This document shows, piece by piece, positions 37,414 to 50,294 of a stretch of DNA of 64,000 nt. A program made the translations under genes and the position numbers. Positions within the stretch are counted from its first letter, which is position 1. Each line of letters starts with the position of its first letter. The notes beneath the pieces were generated by a model. It ran no database searches and had not been told where the DNA came from. It was given only the letters and a program-made list of their open reading frames with translations. The stretch is taken from the NCBI RefSeq assembly GCF_044704955.1, contig NC_091984.1, positions 144,336,001 to 144,400,000 on the forward strand, written 5' to 3'. The stretch comes from Pristiophorus japonicus (Eukaryota).

Positions 37414-38440
37414 TGTAGGTGGTTTCCTCGGACGTACCTAAAACGCACTTCTTACTGCAAGTTCTGGACGATAGGGATTATATGGACAGATCCGACTCGG
37501 ACACACATTTTTCAGGCTCAACTGTATTGTGTTTAATAAGATTACCTCATAAACAGTGCAAAATGGTACAACCTTGGCCTGTCCAATAAGCCCTGCCGTG
37601 CTAAGTTACCACGGCTTAATAAAAGAACTCTCCCATGAAATAAACTAACACAGGACCCCCCCAGCACTAAACCCCTTGGGTTTGGTTGGGACTTACAATC
37701 ACCCCCTCACACAGCTAAGTGATCTTGTGGATGTGTAGGTGCAGGCAATATGCTCACCCTGATTGCCCGTTGTCTTGCTTGCAGCTTCTTCCTGAACGTC
37801 TCACTCCTGGGATTTTTCCTGAGCTTTCTTCCTCCTGAGCTGGAGCTTGTTGCAAAGCTGCTCCTTATATCCCCAAAACCCATCTCCTTTCCTCCCACCA
37901 ATACTGACTGATGGATTGACTCCGGTGATCTATCTGGAACACCCCTCCCCCCATAGCCTTTGAAATCTTTGTGAAAAATAATATTTTGTTTTCCCGCTCC
38001 AGGCCTTGCGTCTGGAGAGACAATGGGTGCTGATTACTGGATATCTGTCGTTTCCTGAGTTGTTGGCCCCATTTGCAGGTAATGGGTTTCGATCACAAAT
38101 CGATCTTGCTTAACCGGCTTATCTCCTGGAAGACAATGGGCCGGCCATTTCCTGCCTTGCACCAGTTTGGGTTGGGACTGAGTCGTGATTGTGCTTTAAT
38201 AATGCGAAGGCACAGAGTCTCTGAGTTACCTCTCGGGGTATTGTTCCCAGTCATCACTTTAGATGGTGATGACATCAATGGGCCTGGGTTCCCTGCCACC
38301 CAGCCTGTCAGTGTGAAATGTCTGGTTATATATGAATGCACCTCAGTGTCACCCCCACAAGCTCGCCAAACAGGACAGTTCTTTCTTGGGGATTTGGATT
38401 TAAGGATTTAAAGTATTGTTGATAAAAATGGCCAGAAAGC
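37414..38440 (-). mobile_element. LTR-like sequence, possible 3' LTR of the env-bearing remnant
   Basis: Starts TGTAG abruptly at the end of the minisatellite; non-coding; composition similar to the other long LTRs. Right end obscured by a CR1 fragment (38448-38665). Confidence 0.4.
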
Positions 38441-38664
38441 TGGTGCTGCAATTCCTCTTCATCTCAGTTTTAAATGGGCGGCCCCTAATTCTAAGATCAT
38501 GCCCTCTGGTTCCAGTCTCCCCCATAAGTGGAAACATCTTCTTTGCATCCACCTTGTTAAGCCCCCTCATAATCTTATACATTTCTATAAGATCACCTCT
38601 CATTCTTCTGAATTTCAATGAGTAGTGGACCAACCTCCTCAACCTTTCCTCATAAGTCAAGCCC

Positions 38665-38940
38665 CTCTCTCTCTCCCCCCACCACCCGGGGACAATAATG
38701 GTATGTTCCTCACCTCTCCGCAACCCCCTCGCCCCCCCGTCTCCCCCGCCACCCCCGGGACAATAATAGTATGTTTCTAACCTCTCTCTCTCTACCCCAC
38801 CCCAGGGACGATAATGGTAAGTTCCTCACTGCAACTTCTCCTCTCCCCCCCCCCGCCCCGGGGGACAATAATGGTATTTTCCTCACCGCTCCCACTCCTC
38901 TCCCCCCGCTCCACGAGGACAATGATGGTATGTTCCTGTT
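38665..38940 (+). repeat. About 60-bp degenerate repeat, 5 copies
   Basis: Core ggacaataatggtatgttcct separated by C-rich spacers. Confidence 0.85.
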
Positions 38941-38942
38941 GA

Positions 38943-39752
38943 GTTCCCCTGGATCATTCCCAGTTACTGAGGAACTCCATGTAGCCCCTATGGGGTTCCC
39001 CTGGATCATTCTCAGTTACTGAGGAACTCCATGTAGCCCCTGTGGGGTTCCCCTGGATCATTCTCAGTTACTGAGGAAGTCCATGTAGCCCCTGTTGGGT
39101 TCCCCTGGATCATTCTCAGTTACTGAGGAAGTCCATGTAGCCCCTGTGGGGTCCCCTGGATCATTCTCAGTTACTGAGGAAGTCCATGTAGCCCCAGTTG
39201 GGTTCCCCTGGATCATTCCCAGTTACTGAGGAAGTCCATGTAGCCCTTGTGGGGTTCCCCTGGATCATTCTCAGTTACTGAGGAATCCATGTAGCCCCTG
39301 TGGGGTTCCCCTGGATCATTCTCAGTTACTGAGGAAGTCCATGTAGCCCCTGTTGGGTTCCCCTGGATCATTCTCAGTTACTGAGGAATCCATGTAGCTC
39401 CTGTGGGGTTCCCCTGGATCATTCTCAGTTACTGAGGAAGTCCATGTAGCCCCTGTTGGGTTCCCCTGGATCATTCTCAGTTACTGAGGAAGTCCATGTA
39501 GCCCCTGTTGGGTTCCCCTGGATCATTCTCAGTTACTGAGGAAGTCCATGTAGCCCCTGTTGGGTTCCCCTGGATCATTCTCAGTTACTGAGGAAGTCCA
39601 TGTAGCCCCTGTTGGGTTCCCCTGGATCATTCTCAGTTACTGAGGAAGTCCATGTGGTCCCTGTTGGGTTCCCCTGAATCATTCTCAGTTACTGAGGAAG
39701 TCCATGTAGCCCTTGTGGGGTTCCCCTGGATCATTCCCAGTTACTGAGGAAG
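38943..39752 (+). repeat. 52-bp minisatellite, about 15.5 copies
   Basis: Unit gttcccctggatcattctcagttactgaggaagtccatgtagcccctgt(t/g)gg; ggatcatt recurs from 38951 to 39728. Confidence 0.95.
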
Positions 39753-41489
39753 CCTCGGCAGATCCAATACGTGGGAATACCGAGCGCAGTGTTGAACGAC
39801 AGGACCTGGTGACCTGCTCACTGTTTCCATCCAGGTGCAGCATCAACAGGACCCTCCGATTCTCCCCTTGGCCAAGTTCCCCAGCACACTGAGCGCTTCA
39901 GCCTGCACTTTATCGCATGGCATTGCAGAGCCGTTCGATCCTTGCGTGGGTTTTGTCTACAAACAGTTGGATGGTGTCTGCTCTCAACTGGATTATGTTC
40001 TTGGAGAGGCTCGACAGCGCCTCCTTCTGGTTTTCCTTGTTCCCCAACAACAACAACAACTTGTATTTATATAGCGCCTTTAACGTAGTGAAACGTTCCA
40101 AGGCGTTTCACAGGAGTATTATGGGACACAAATTTTACACCGAGCCGCATAAGTAGAAATTAGAGCAGGTGATCAAAAGCTTGGTCGAAGAGGCAGGTTT
40201 TGAGGAATGTCTTGAAGGAGGAAAGAGAGGTTGAAAGGCAGGAAGGTTTAGAGAGGGAGTTCCAGAGCTTGGGGCCCAGGCAACGGAAGGCACGGCCACC
40301 AATGGTTGAGTGATTATAATCAGGGATGCTCAGGAAGGCGAATTAGAGGAGCGCAGTATCTTAGGGGGTTGTGGGGCTGGAGGAGATTAGGAGATAGGGA
40401 GGGGCGAGGCCATGGAGGGATGTGAAAATCAGGGTGAGAATTTTGAAATCGAGGCATTGCTCAATCGGGAGCCAATGGAGGTCAGCGAACACAGGAGTGA
40501 TGGGTGAACGGGACTTGGTGCGAGTTAGGACTCAGGCAGCCGAGTTTTGGATCACCTCTAGTTTATGGTGGGTAGAATGTGGGAGGCCAGCCAGGAGAGC
40601 GTTGGAATAGTTGAGTCTAGATGTAACAAAGGCATGGATGAGGATTTCAGCAGCGGATGAGCTGAGGCAAATGCGGGGACACGTGATGTTATGGAGATGG
40701 AAATAGACGGTCTTAGTTATGCTGCGGATGTGTGGTCGAAAGCTCAGACTAATCAACGTGCCCATCACTTTATGAGACCAGTAATGGGCTCCAATTGTAA
40801 TGTTGCCCAGACCCGTGACACACAGAAACTGGACAAGTGTAGAGCAAACACCCCAACAATCTGCTCACCAGCGTGTCTGTGAGCTGCAGCTGTGAAACCT
40901 GTGGAGATTTGAACAACTCTCCGAAGGAGGAAGCCACGGTGATTGGCTGACAGTCTGGGACGGTAAGGATCGGAGCTGCCTGCCCTTCCACAATGCCAGG
41001 CAGGCTGAGGCCAGTGTATTTCACCATTGCTCTGGCCGTCAGGACAGTCTCCTTGTCGGACTTGCCCAGGTCCATCATCTGGTCCCAACCCCTCCTTTTC
41101 ACCGTGTCCTTACCGACTGTTTTATTATTGGTCGGAGCCAGTGGGTCCTTTAGTGCCCCCACACAGTCCATGCCCATCTCTGCTTCTCCATGTTTCATAC
41201 CCAGCTGAGAAACCTCTCTGATGGATTTGCCGTGGGGAGCAGTACCATTGAGCAGAGAAACGTTAACACAGGGGTTGAGATGAATGAGCAGGGCGCAGAA
41301 TAACAGCGGGAATAATGTAGTCACTGCCTCTGCCAACTCGGGCTTAGTTTTCAGACGGCAGCCAGGGATCGAAGGGTTAAATAGATTGAAGCTCTCTCCT
41401 CGTTGCTCTCTCAGGCACAAATGCACATTCTGTAGCACTTTGCTGTAATTGGTCCAACCCTGCGGTTTCTGTGTTGCCATGGTTTCCAT
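39753..41489 (-). pseudogene. Decayed viral envelope/fusion-like glycoprotein gene, split by an L2 insertion
   Basis: 239-aa ORF 40770-41489 with a hydrophobic LFPLLFCALLIHL segment, sequons NVS/NGT/NKT, basic VKRR and TG..PGIV..P.L...C. Beyond the L2 there is a heptad-like KEALSSLSKNIIQLRADTIQLFVDKTHARIERLCNAM..QAEALSVLGNLAKGRI. It follows an integrase C-terminus-like stretch (41490-41815). Confidence 0.45.
40046..40748 (-). mobile_element. L2-clade LINE 3' fragment
   Basis: RPHIRSITKTVYFHLHNI..LIHAFVTSRLNYSNALLAGLP..LEVIQNSAA, with a (ttg)n tail. Confidence 0.9.
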
Positions 41490-41814
41490 GTGCCCTCAGT
41501 GGTGGTGTGTCCCGCGGGGGTCATGTGGCCATATAAGTCCTGCCCACTGTCTGTGTCAGTTTAAGGTGGGTGTTGGGGTGAAGGGCCAAACCTGAGATAC
41601 AGACCATACGGACAAGGCAACATTCACAACCCTGGGCAGCCATGTTGGATTGAGCAGCTGGCTCTTCCTAATAGACAACCCTCCGCACCACAGACTCTCA
41701 AAGTCCTTGTGGCAAAAGGTGTAGAAATGGGAGTGTCCCACAGACATTTCCAGCAGCATTGCCCCAAATTGGGATTTTCATGAGTTGGGGATTGAAACTG
41801 TTTGATGATGTCAT

Positions 41815-41985
41815 GAGGAAGTGGTTGTGACATCAGAAGGTGGGGCTGTGTGTCCATTATTATATATTATATATAACTGTGGGGTGAGTCAGTACAGGAG
41901 GTGGGGCCGTGTGTCCATTATTATATATTATATATAAATGTAGCATGAGTCAGTACAGGAGGTGGCGCAGTGTGTCCATTTTAAT
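41815..41985 (+). repeat. About 59-bp tandem repeat, 3 copies
   Basis: ggaggtggggccgtgtgtccattattatatattatatataa core. Confidence 0.8.
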
Positions 41986-42039
41986 ATATTGTTATAATAT
42001 TGTGTAATATATCGAGTAATATATCAATGTAATATATCA

Positions 42040-42590
42040 TGGTCTACAGGACTGTAATAATACCCGCCCTCCTGTATGGCTCAGAGGCATGGACCATGTA
42101 CTCGTCCGGCTAACATCCCTAGTATTGAAGCACTGACCTCACTCGATCAGCTCTGCTGGGCAGGCCACATAGCTCGCATGCTCGCCACGAGACTCCCAAA
42201 GGAAGTGCTCCACTCGTTGCTCCTCCACGGCAAACGAGCCAAAGGTGGGCAATGGAAACATTACAAGGACACGCTCAAAGCCTCCCTGATAAAGTGCGAC
42301 ATCCCCACTGACACCTGGGAGTCCCTGGCCAAAGTCCACCCTAAGTGGAGGAAGTGCATCCGGGAGAGCACTGAGCACCTCGAGTCTCAACGCCGACAGC
42401 ATGCAGAAACCAAGCGCAGGCAACGGAAATAGCGTGTGGCAAACCAATCTCACCCACCCCTTCCCTCAATGACTATCTGTCCCACCTGTGACAGGGAATG
42501 TGGCTCTCGTATTGGACTGTTCAGCCACCTAAGGACTCATTTTAAGAGTGGAAGCAAGTCTTCCTCGGTTCCGAGGGACTGTCTATGATG
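42040..42590 (+). mobile_element. RTE-clade LINE 3' end
   Basis: QLCWAGHIARM..RLPKEVL..GKRAKGGQWKHYKDTLKASL, C-terminal CPTC..HLRTH motif, atgatg tail. Confidence 0.85.
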
Positions 42591-44347
42591 TATATATATA
42601 GCTCCATCCAGTGGACTCCTGTAGCACTGCAGCCAGTGCTGTGTACAAATAAACTAACTAGAGTTCCAGAGTGTTTGCCATCTTAAGGTTGTATGAGTTG
42701 CACTGAAGATATAATAATGGTGATGAGAATGGGATAATCAGAAAAAAACGCTGCAATTTTTGTTGGTGGGTGATTCAGCAAACCGACAGAGAGACTTTGA
42801 GAGCTTCACTGTTTTGATTAACAGCTACAAATCTGAGGTATATTACAAGCACACTTGTTTGAACTGCCAGAGTCCAGATGGCCGTACCTATAGGAATAAT
42901 AGGGTATTTGGGGGAGTTTCAATGTGCCCATGAAAGTTTCGGAGCATATGTGGAGTGGCTAGAAATGTTTTTCACTGCAAATAATTTAATCGATGTCCCC
43001 AATGATGAAAACCAAAGCCGGGTGGTGTTGGAAAAACAACTGGCGATTGTCTTAACTGAAGCAGGGCCCGAGGTGTATGAAACCCTAAAAAAATGTCTTG
43101 TGCCTGTCAAGCCAAAGGACGCAACTCTTAAGCAGATTCAGCACTACAGTCTGCTTCAGAAATTGCTGAAAGTTATCGTTTCGGAATACGGGATCTTTTA
43201 ACCGAAGAAAATATCAGTGAGTACATTGTAGCATTAAAAGGGCTAGCTATTCACTATAATGTTGAAAACTTTCAGGACCAAGTATTGCATGATCACTTTG
43301 TTTGTGAGATGAAAAATGATGCGTTCAGAAGAAAGTTATTGACAATGCCTAACTTGACTTTTAATTTCGCTTGACAGACAGCTATGCCAATGAACATGGC
43401 CGACCAATATTCCCGAGAATTTCATACTATTTCCAGTCGTCGGATAACCAAGGTGAATCGCCTGAGGTTAAAAGTAAAAGGCAGTTGGGCCCCAAGGTCT
43501 CAGAAACTGGCAATGGTAACAGAGCATTGAAATCTTGCCATCGGTGCCTGGGACAACATATTGCTCAAAGTTGTCCATATGTGAAGGCAGAATGTTTCAT
43601 CTGCAGGAAAACTGGGCATCTTGCGAAGGCATGCCGACTGAAGGGTAAACTAGCTTTCAAAGCTATAAGTAGAAATCCCCAGAGACTACATAGCATGTAA
43701 GAAATACAACAGGATGAGGAGGATTTAGAGCTATACATCATCAGAAGCATGAGGTTAACTAACAGCGATTCGAAAAGTATCATAATCCACATAGATGTTG
43801 CAGGAACCAAGATACCCATGGAAATCGACACTGGTGCATCCGTGTGTGTAGTACCAGAGTTGCTATATCTCGACAAATTGCGTGATTTCCCATTGGTGAA
43901 TTCCAAGATAGAGCTGCGAGGCTATTTGGGAGAGAACATTCCTGCGGTAGGTATTATCATCATACCGGTGACATACAAGGATCAATTTCAGAGCTTGCAT
44001 CTATTAGTAGTGGCAGGAGACCATGTTGCCTTACTCGGAAGAAATTGGTTGGGATCACTGAAGCTGGAATGAAGAGAGATTTTTCGTGTTGAAACGAGAT
44101 TTGCATCAAAGGAAGATGTTATCAAGAATTATCCAAAGGTGTTTCGCGAAACAGGCAGTCCGATCCAAGGCTTCAAGGCGAGTGTCAGGGTACAGAAGGA
44201 CACTAGATCGATTTACTGCAAGCCATGACCCATACCATATGCACTGAAAGAGAAAGTTGAGCAAGAACTCAAAAGACTAGAGACTGAGAACATTATTTGT
44301 AAGATTGATTGATGTAATTGGGCTACACCTATTGTTGTTGTACCTAA
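42590..44347 (+). mobile_element. Ty3/Gypsy element 5' part (LTR remnant, PBS, gag, protease, RT start)
   Basis: PBS-like tggtgatgag at about 42718; gag MAVPIGIIGYLGEF; CFICRKTGHLAKAC; EIDTGAS. RT WATPIVVVP is cut at 44347 by the next element. Confidence 0.88.
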
Positions 44348-46490
44348 TGTAAGGGGTAGTTTGCAGGGGGTCAGCTTTCCCTTCTGACCTTATATGAGTA
44401 GTTCTGAATCACTTCCACACCCTTGGTTCTAGACACTGGAATTATGAAGGGACTGTGACAGACTTGGACAGACAATCGGTTTCAGGGTAGGAAGCAGGTA
44501 TGGCTTTATTGTGTTCAAGAAGTAAAAAGGCGCACCTTTAATAACATACACACAATATTAATACCAATACACACTGAGGGATGCAGCACATTAAATAAAG
44601 TGTCAAATTACAGCCTGTGTGGAAAAGAAAACAGCTTAAACTCTAAATGGGGTAAAGAAGAGAATGCAGATACATTTACACAAGTTATCCCAGCCTCCCC
44701 CCTCCTAATTCCCCTAACTAACTAAGTTATAGCTCTGGGGGTTCAGGGGCTATGCTCATCAATCCCTTTAGACAGTTGCCGGTGAATCACGGTTTCGGGG
44801 TTTGCTGCATTTGGCCTTCTAGGCGAGCCATACCCCGGACGGAGGAGAGGACTTCGGACTGCGTAGTCTTCAGTTAGGGTGCGTCCGATGATGCGGTAAG
44901 TTGCGTTTTGGATGTATGGGGTAAGTATCCACTTTCTTTGGTTAGGAATAGTTTGAGTTCGTACTTTTTGGTAATTTCTCACCCATTGGGTCGTTCAGAA
45001 GTAGATTGTAGAGTGGAAATAAATGTTGATTCTTCGGGATTTGCTGAGTTGGTTTCGGTTGGTCGTTTCGCTGGTTGTGGTGGCCAGGGTTTGTCACTTT
45101 GGTGGCTGACAACCTTCCGTTTCTTGGGCCTCATGCTCGGTCAGTCCTTGATGAGTTCTAAAGTAGTTTCCTTCACTATTCCATTTCTTCACTCCCCAGC
45201 GCTTGTGTCTCTGTCTGTGTTTGAGTCGGTGTTCTGTTCGAGTCTGTGTGAGTTCGAGTCTGTGTTCTGTCCTGGTAAAACTGGGAATAGATATATCCCA
45301 AAAAAGGCTTCCTTTTCTCCCATCAAATCTAGCTCAGCTCTTTGTTTTGATTGTGCAGCCCAGCGAACTGAAACTTGATTAAGTGGTTTTAATCTGGTGT
45401 TAATAGGCTTTTCGAAGTTGGTGAGCTCTCGTCCATTGTGCTTGTCTGGCCTGAGCCAGATATTTCTATGCCTGTTGAAAAGGTGTTGGAATATGTATGT
45501 GACATTTGGGTCCTCTGGGTGGGGTGGATAAACAGTTCCCAGACAATTTATTAGCTCCAATGTCCAAACTGGCCCTTTAGAGATTGACCCCACCCCTTTT
45601 TTTTGCAGACCCAACATTCATCTTTTAAAAATCCCAAATTCGATTAAAGTTCGTAGTTTCTTCCATGTGCACTTTAGGATTTCAAACTTTCTGGGAGATA
45701 GTTCCAAATTAAATTCCTTTTCCTGTGAGTCAAAACACTGGGGGCGGTGAAGGGATCTCCATGAATGCATCCCCTTTTATCCCCTGCTGACTCGGCTCCC
45801 CCTTTAAAACTCATTTGTGTCCCGAAGGTTTTCCTTCCATTTTAAATGTCCAGAAAAGGATTCTTCTCCTCTGCAGGGGAAAGGTACAAGGAATCTTTGC
45901 GAAATATTGGTAAATTCTACATTCCCCACTGTGATACCATATCACTTATGGTATCATCTTCCAGGTGAGCAAAGTTCCTGACTCCCAAGAGATAACCTTC
46001 CCCATAAATTAACTAAACTAATACCCAAAATATGCATTACACTTATGCAACATCACCATAGATACACATTTTTCCCTTTACAGGAACAAACTTTTTACAT
46101 TTACATCCTCCCAGCTTGGAGGGGCGGGGGAAGTTCAATCACTACAATTGCATTTTAAACATAGTTACATTTCATTTCAATTTCATTATATTCACCAGCA
46201 TGTAGGGAATGTACAACCACATTACAGAATGAAAAAACATAGATTAAAATTAAACAACATCAATTGGTCTCCTGAGGTTTGTCCATCACCCGGTAATGTC
46301 TGGATCCTGCCCTTGAGAACTGCTCTCAGGCTGGCTGACACACAAGACAAACTCAAAACAATTACCTAAACATTACTGTAACATTAACCTTAATTCTAAA
46401 CTAAACTTAAAATGTAAAGCGGTGCAGTCAGCTGCCTTAAATTAAAAATTAGAGCTATGTACAACTGCCACCCGTCTCTTGGTGGCCTGG

Positions 46491-48150
46491 TTAATCCCTG
46501 TCAGGCCCATGCCTTGTGCGGCCTGATAGCCGCCTGGGTGCTAGGGTTTCCCCGCAGCCGGTGAGCTGGAGACCCTTGTCTCTGGGAAAGCTCGTTGCTA
46601 CTGCTCCTGTGAGACCCTCACCGCTGGAGGCGGCTGGCTGGGGGTGCCTACTCTGAGCGGCCTCTGTACTTCTGACCTTTGGCCTTCCCTGTTGGGCTGC
46701 CATTCTCCTAGGGTAGAATTGCTGAGGCTCAGATGCTGGTGACCACGGTATCTTTGGCTGTGGTGTATGGAGGGTCCTTCTCAGGGCTTGGGTTACTGGG
46801 GGTGCATCCGAATCCCAAACGATGGGTGAGATAGCCCCTCCAGTACTGCAATTCACTGCCCCTATAGGCACGGTTTCTGAGCCTGCCACATTCCCTGTGG
46901 GTCCTCCACCGTCGGGGGCGGCCAACGGAGGGTCCCCGTCCTGAGGCCGGTTCACCCCTCCCGGCTGCCCTCTGTACTTGGCTGACCCTGGGTTGTACAG
47001 CTTGCACTGGTTGATGTGGAACCACTTAGTACGGCGGGGCAGCTTTATGGCATAGACCATCGGGCTTGCCTTGTCCACAATGCTGTATGGCCCCATGTAT
47101 ACTGCTTCAAAAACCCCGACCCGAGCATAGTTCCTCACCATGACCTGGTCCCCTATCTCCCATTCGTGGTGTTTGCTGGGTTCTAGCAGCAATCGGTTCC
47201 CCTGATGCTGTCTGCCCATGTTACTAGCAGCCTGCCAGTGAATCTGTCTGAGGTGTTCCAACAGGTTCCTGACAAACCGGTCCCGGTTCACCTCTCTGAG
47301 CTGACTTTCTGTGAGCACCGGGGCTAGGACATGGGTAGGGGTCCGCATGATCCTGCCAGTCATGAGTTCGTATGGGGAATATCCGATGCTCTTTGACTGG
47401 CTGGCTCGGATCCCCATTAGGACCAACGGTAAGACCTCTACCCACTTTTGGGGTGAGTCTCCCGTTTCCTTCCGCAGCCTTTCTTTAATGGTGCGGTTTA
47501 AACACTCCACAATACCCGATGACTGTGGATTGTGGGCAACGTGCCATTTCCCCTCAATGCCGAGCACCTGAAGGGTTGCCTGCATTACCTGCCCGGTGAA
47601 ATGGCTCCCCTGATCCGACTCCACATACTGTGGGAGTCCCCACCAGGAGAACACTTCCCTCACTAGAATCTTAGCTGTCCCTAGTGCGGTGGCTGTTCGG
47701 CAGGGGAAGGCTTCAACCCATTTTGAGAACATGTCCACCAGGACTAGGCAGTATTTGTAGCCTCCCTGGGCGGTGGGTAGGGGCCCGATGTAGTCAATTT
47801 GGATTGACTGCCATGGTCCCTCTACCCTCCTGACGTGTCCTAGGGACACCTTCCTTTTCTGGGGGTCAGGGTTGTTCCAGCACACACCAGGCAGTGCGCA
47901 CAGAACTCGCAGACATCCTCCCTGAGTCCAAGCCACCATCCTGCCTGTTCCACCCGTTGCCAGGTGGTCTCAGGCCCGGGATGTCCCGCTCCAGGACTCT
48001 CATGGGCCAGTTTTAGGAATTCCCTCTGGTGCTGCTGTGGCACGACCCATTGTCCCTCTTTAAACAGCATGCCTTCCTTAACGGTAATGGCTGCTGTGCC
48101 GTACGGACCTTCTACTCTCACTCCTCTAGCTAGCGCATTCAGGACAGCTT
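46491..48150 (-). pseudogene. Retroviral-type integrase with long low-complexity C-terminal extension
   Basis: HHCC region (AHESPGAGHPG..CAHCLVC) is frameshifted from the 482-aa ORF carrying the DDE core and GPY motif. Confidence 0.88.
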
Positions 48151-50294
48151 TCAGACCGGGTCCTGTACCTGAACTGTTTTTAAGTCCAGGGCCAAAGATA
48201 TCCCTGTAATCTCTGCTGCTCTGTTCTTATTCTTGACCGCTGCTATGCGGCCGGTGTCATAGGGGTCCAAGAACTTTCCCGTGCGGGCACCTTCTTTGGC
48301 CAGTTTGTCAGCCTGTTGGTTTCCCTCTGCACGGGGTTCGGTTTTTGAATGGGCCTTCACCTTATGTATGTCGACCTTTCCCTCTTCCCCCACCGCTGTC
48401 ATGATTTTCTCCAGCAGGGGCTTATTTGCCAGAGGTCTCCTGTCAGCGGATGTGTATCCGCGACGGGACCAGATAGCCAGGTACTCCGTACATGAATTGC
48501 AGGTGACCATACTGTCCGAGCAAATCGTGTACAGGGTAGAGAATTCCTCGGGGTGGATTACCATGTACTTTACGGCGGACAGTTCAGCATGCTGGGCGCT
48601 CATGGTGCTGGGGAGCTTGATTGCCAGGGCAATATCTGCCCTTGGGTCATAGACTCCGCACCCAGTGAGTCGTTCGCCAGCAGATACTGTGCTGGACTCG
48701 TCCACGTAGATGTCCTGGCCTGTAGGGTGTAACCCCGCCCAAAGGCCAATGTCCACCTTCCATACCTCTGCTACGGAGCACCTGTGGGCTTTCTCTGGGT
48801 AGATTAGGTTGGCTGCGAGCATTGGCTCGCGGGGGCCTTCTACTCTGTGGTCCATCTGGGAGAGGAGCAGGGTCCAGTGAGCAATGCGGGCACTGCTAAC
48901 GGTCCCGTCCTTAATCCTCCCATCTCGGAGCATCTGAGTAGGTGTGTGGTGGGTTAGGAGTGTTAGAGGAGACCCTCCCTTGAAGATCAAGGATCTTTTC
49001 ACTGCCTAATGTGTGGCTAGGAGGTGTCTCTCACAGTTGGAGTACCCCTTCTCCACATCTGTGAGGATCCTGGAGGAGTAAACCACCGGTCTCAGCTGGC
49101 CGTGCCGCTCTTGAAGCAGCACTGAGCTCAAACTGTCCCCGCTGGCTGCCATCTCCAGGAAAAACTTCTTTCCTACATCTATCGCTCCTAAGGCTGGCGC
49201 GGTCTGCAAGTCCTTCTTGAGCTGATTAAATGCTGCCTCGCAACCCTCAACCCAGTCCCACTCTACACCCATGTATAGGAGCCTGAGCAGAGGGGCTGCG
49301 GTGGCTGCATAATCCTCAATAAAATCTCTGCAGTACCCGGTGAGTCCTAGAAGGGAACTTAACCCTGTCACTGTGTTGGGGGCTGGTAACTCCTGTACTG
49401 CCTCCGTTCTATCCTTGTTTATGGCCCTTTCCCCAGCGCGCACAGTCAGCCCCAGGAATTTGACTTCCATCTGGCCGATCTGTGCCTTCTTGGGGTTTAC
49501 TTTAAACGTTCTTCTTTTAGCAGCTCCAGCAGCTCAGCCAGCAGTGGGCCATGCTCCTCCCCCTGATCGGTGAACAGGAGCAGGTCATCCACATACTGCA
49601 CCAACTGCTGGGGTCTGCTAAAGCCCTTTAAACAATTTGCCATGCATTGGTGAAAAATGCTGGGACTATTGTGGAAGCCTTGGGGAAGACAGTTCCACGT
49701 GTATTGTTGGCCTTGAAGGTAAAGGCGAACTTGTACTGGTCCTCCCCTTTTAAAGGAATGGACCAGAACCCATTTGAAATATCCAGCACCGTGAAAGTGG
49801 TCGCGGATGCTGGAATACTCACTATGAGATCTGCAACGGCTGCTACAGTGGGAGCACAGGCAGGGATATTCTTATTTAGTACTCGATAGTCAACGGTGGC
49901 CCTCCATGAGTTGTCCGGTTTCTTAACCGGCCATAGTGGAGAGTTCACATGGGTAGCTATCGGTCTGAACACTCTTTGCTCAACCAGCAATCTCAGCGCC
50001 GTTGTCAGGTCTGCATCTGCCTCCCTGGGGAAGTTATATTGCTTTTGAGGTCGGGTCATGGGGTCCCCTTCTATACTAATTTCCACCCCCATCACCCAAC
50101 CACAGTCATGTTTGTGGGTGGCGAAGGCTGCAAGGTGTGCTCGTACATATGCCTGGTACTCCACTGGGGTGTTCCTGACCAGTAATTCCAAGTCGTAACC
50201 TTCCTTTGGCTTCATGGTGCACAACGTTCCCTTGCCCGTTTTTCTGGGATCACCGCCACCTCACCTTCCCTGTCAGTCCCTATGGCTCCCCACA

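Noticed and set aside
36882-37448. Repetitive 130-190-aa ORFs on both strands
   Set aside because: Artefact of a 33-bp (multiple-of-3) minisatellite.
38943-39752. CRISPR-like array
   Set aside because: Units are contiguous with no unique spacers; eukaryotic context; no cas genes.
46491-49002. Cellular NYNRIN/GIN1-type gene
   Set aside because: Embedded in a frameshifted gag-pro-pol with an LTR; no exon structure.
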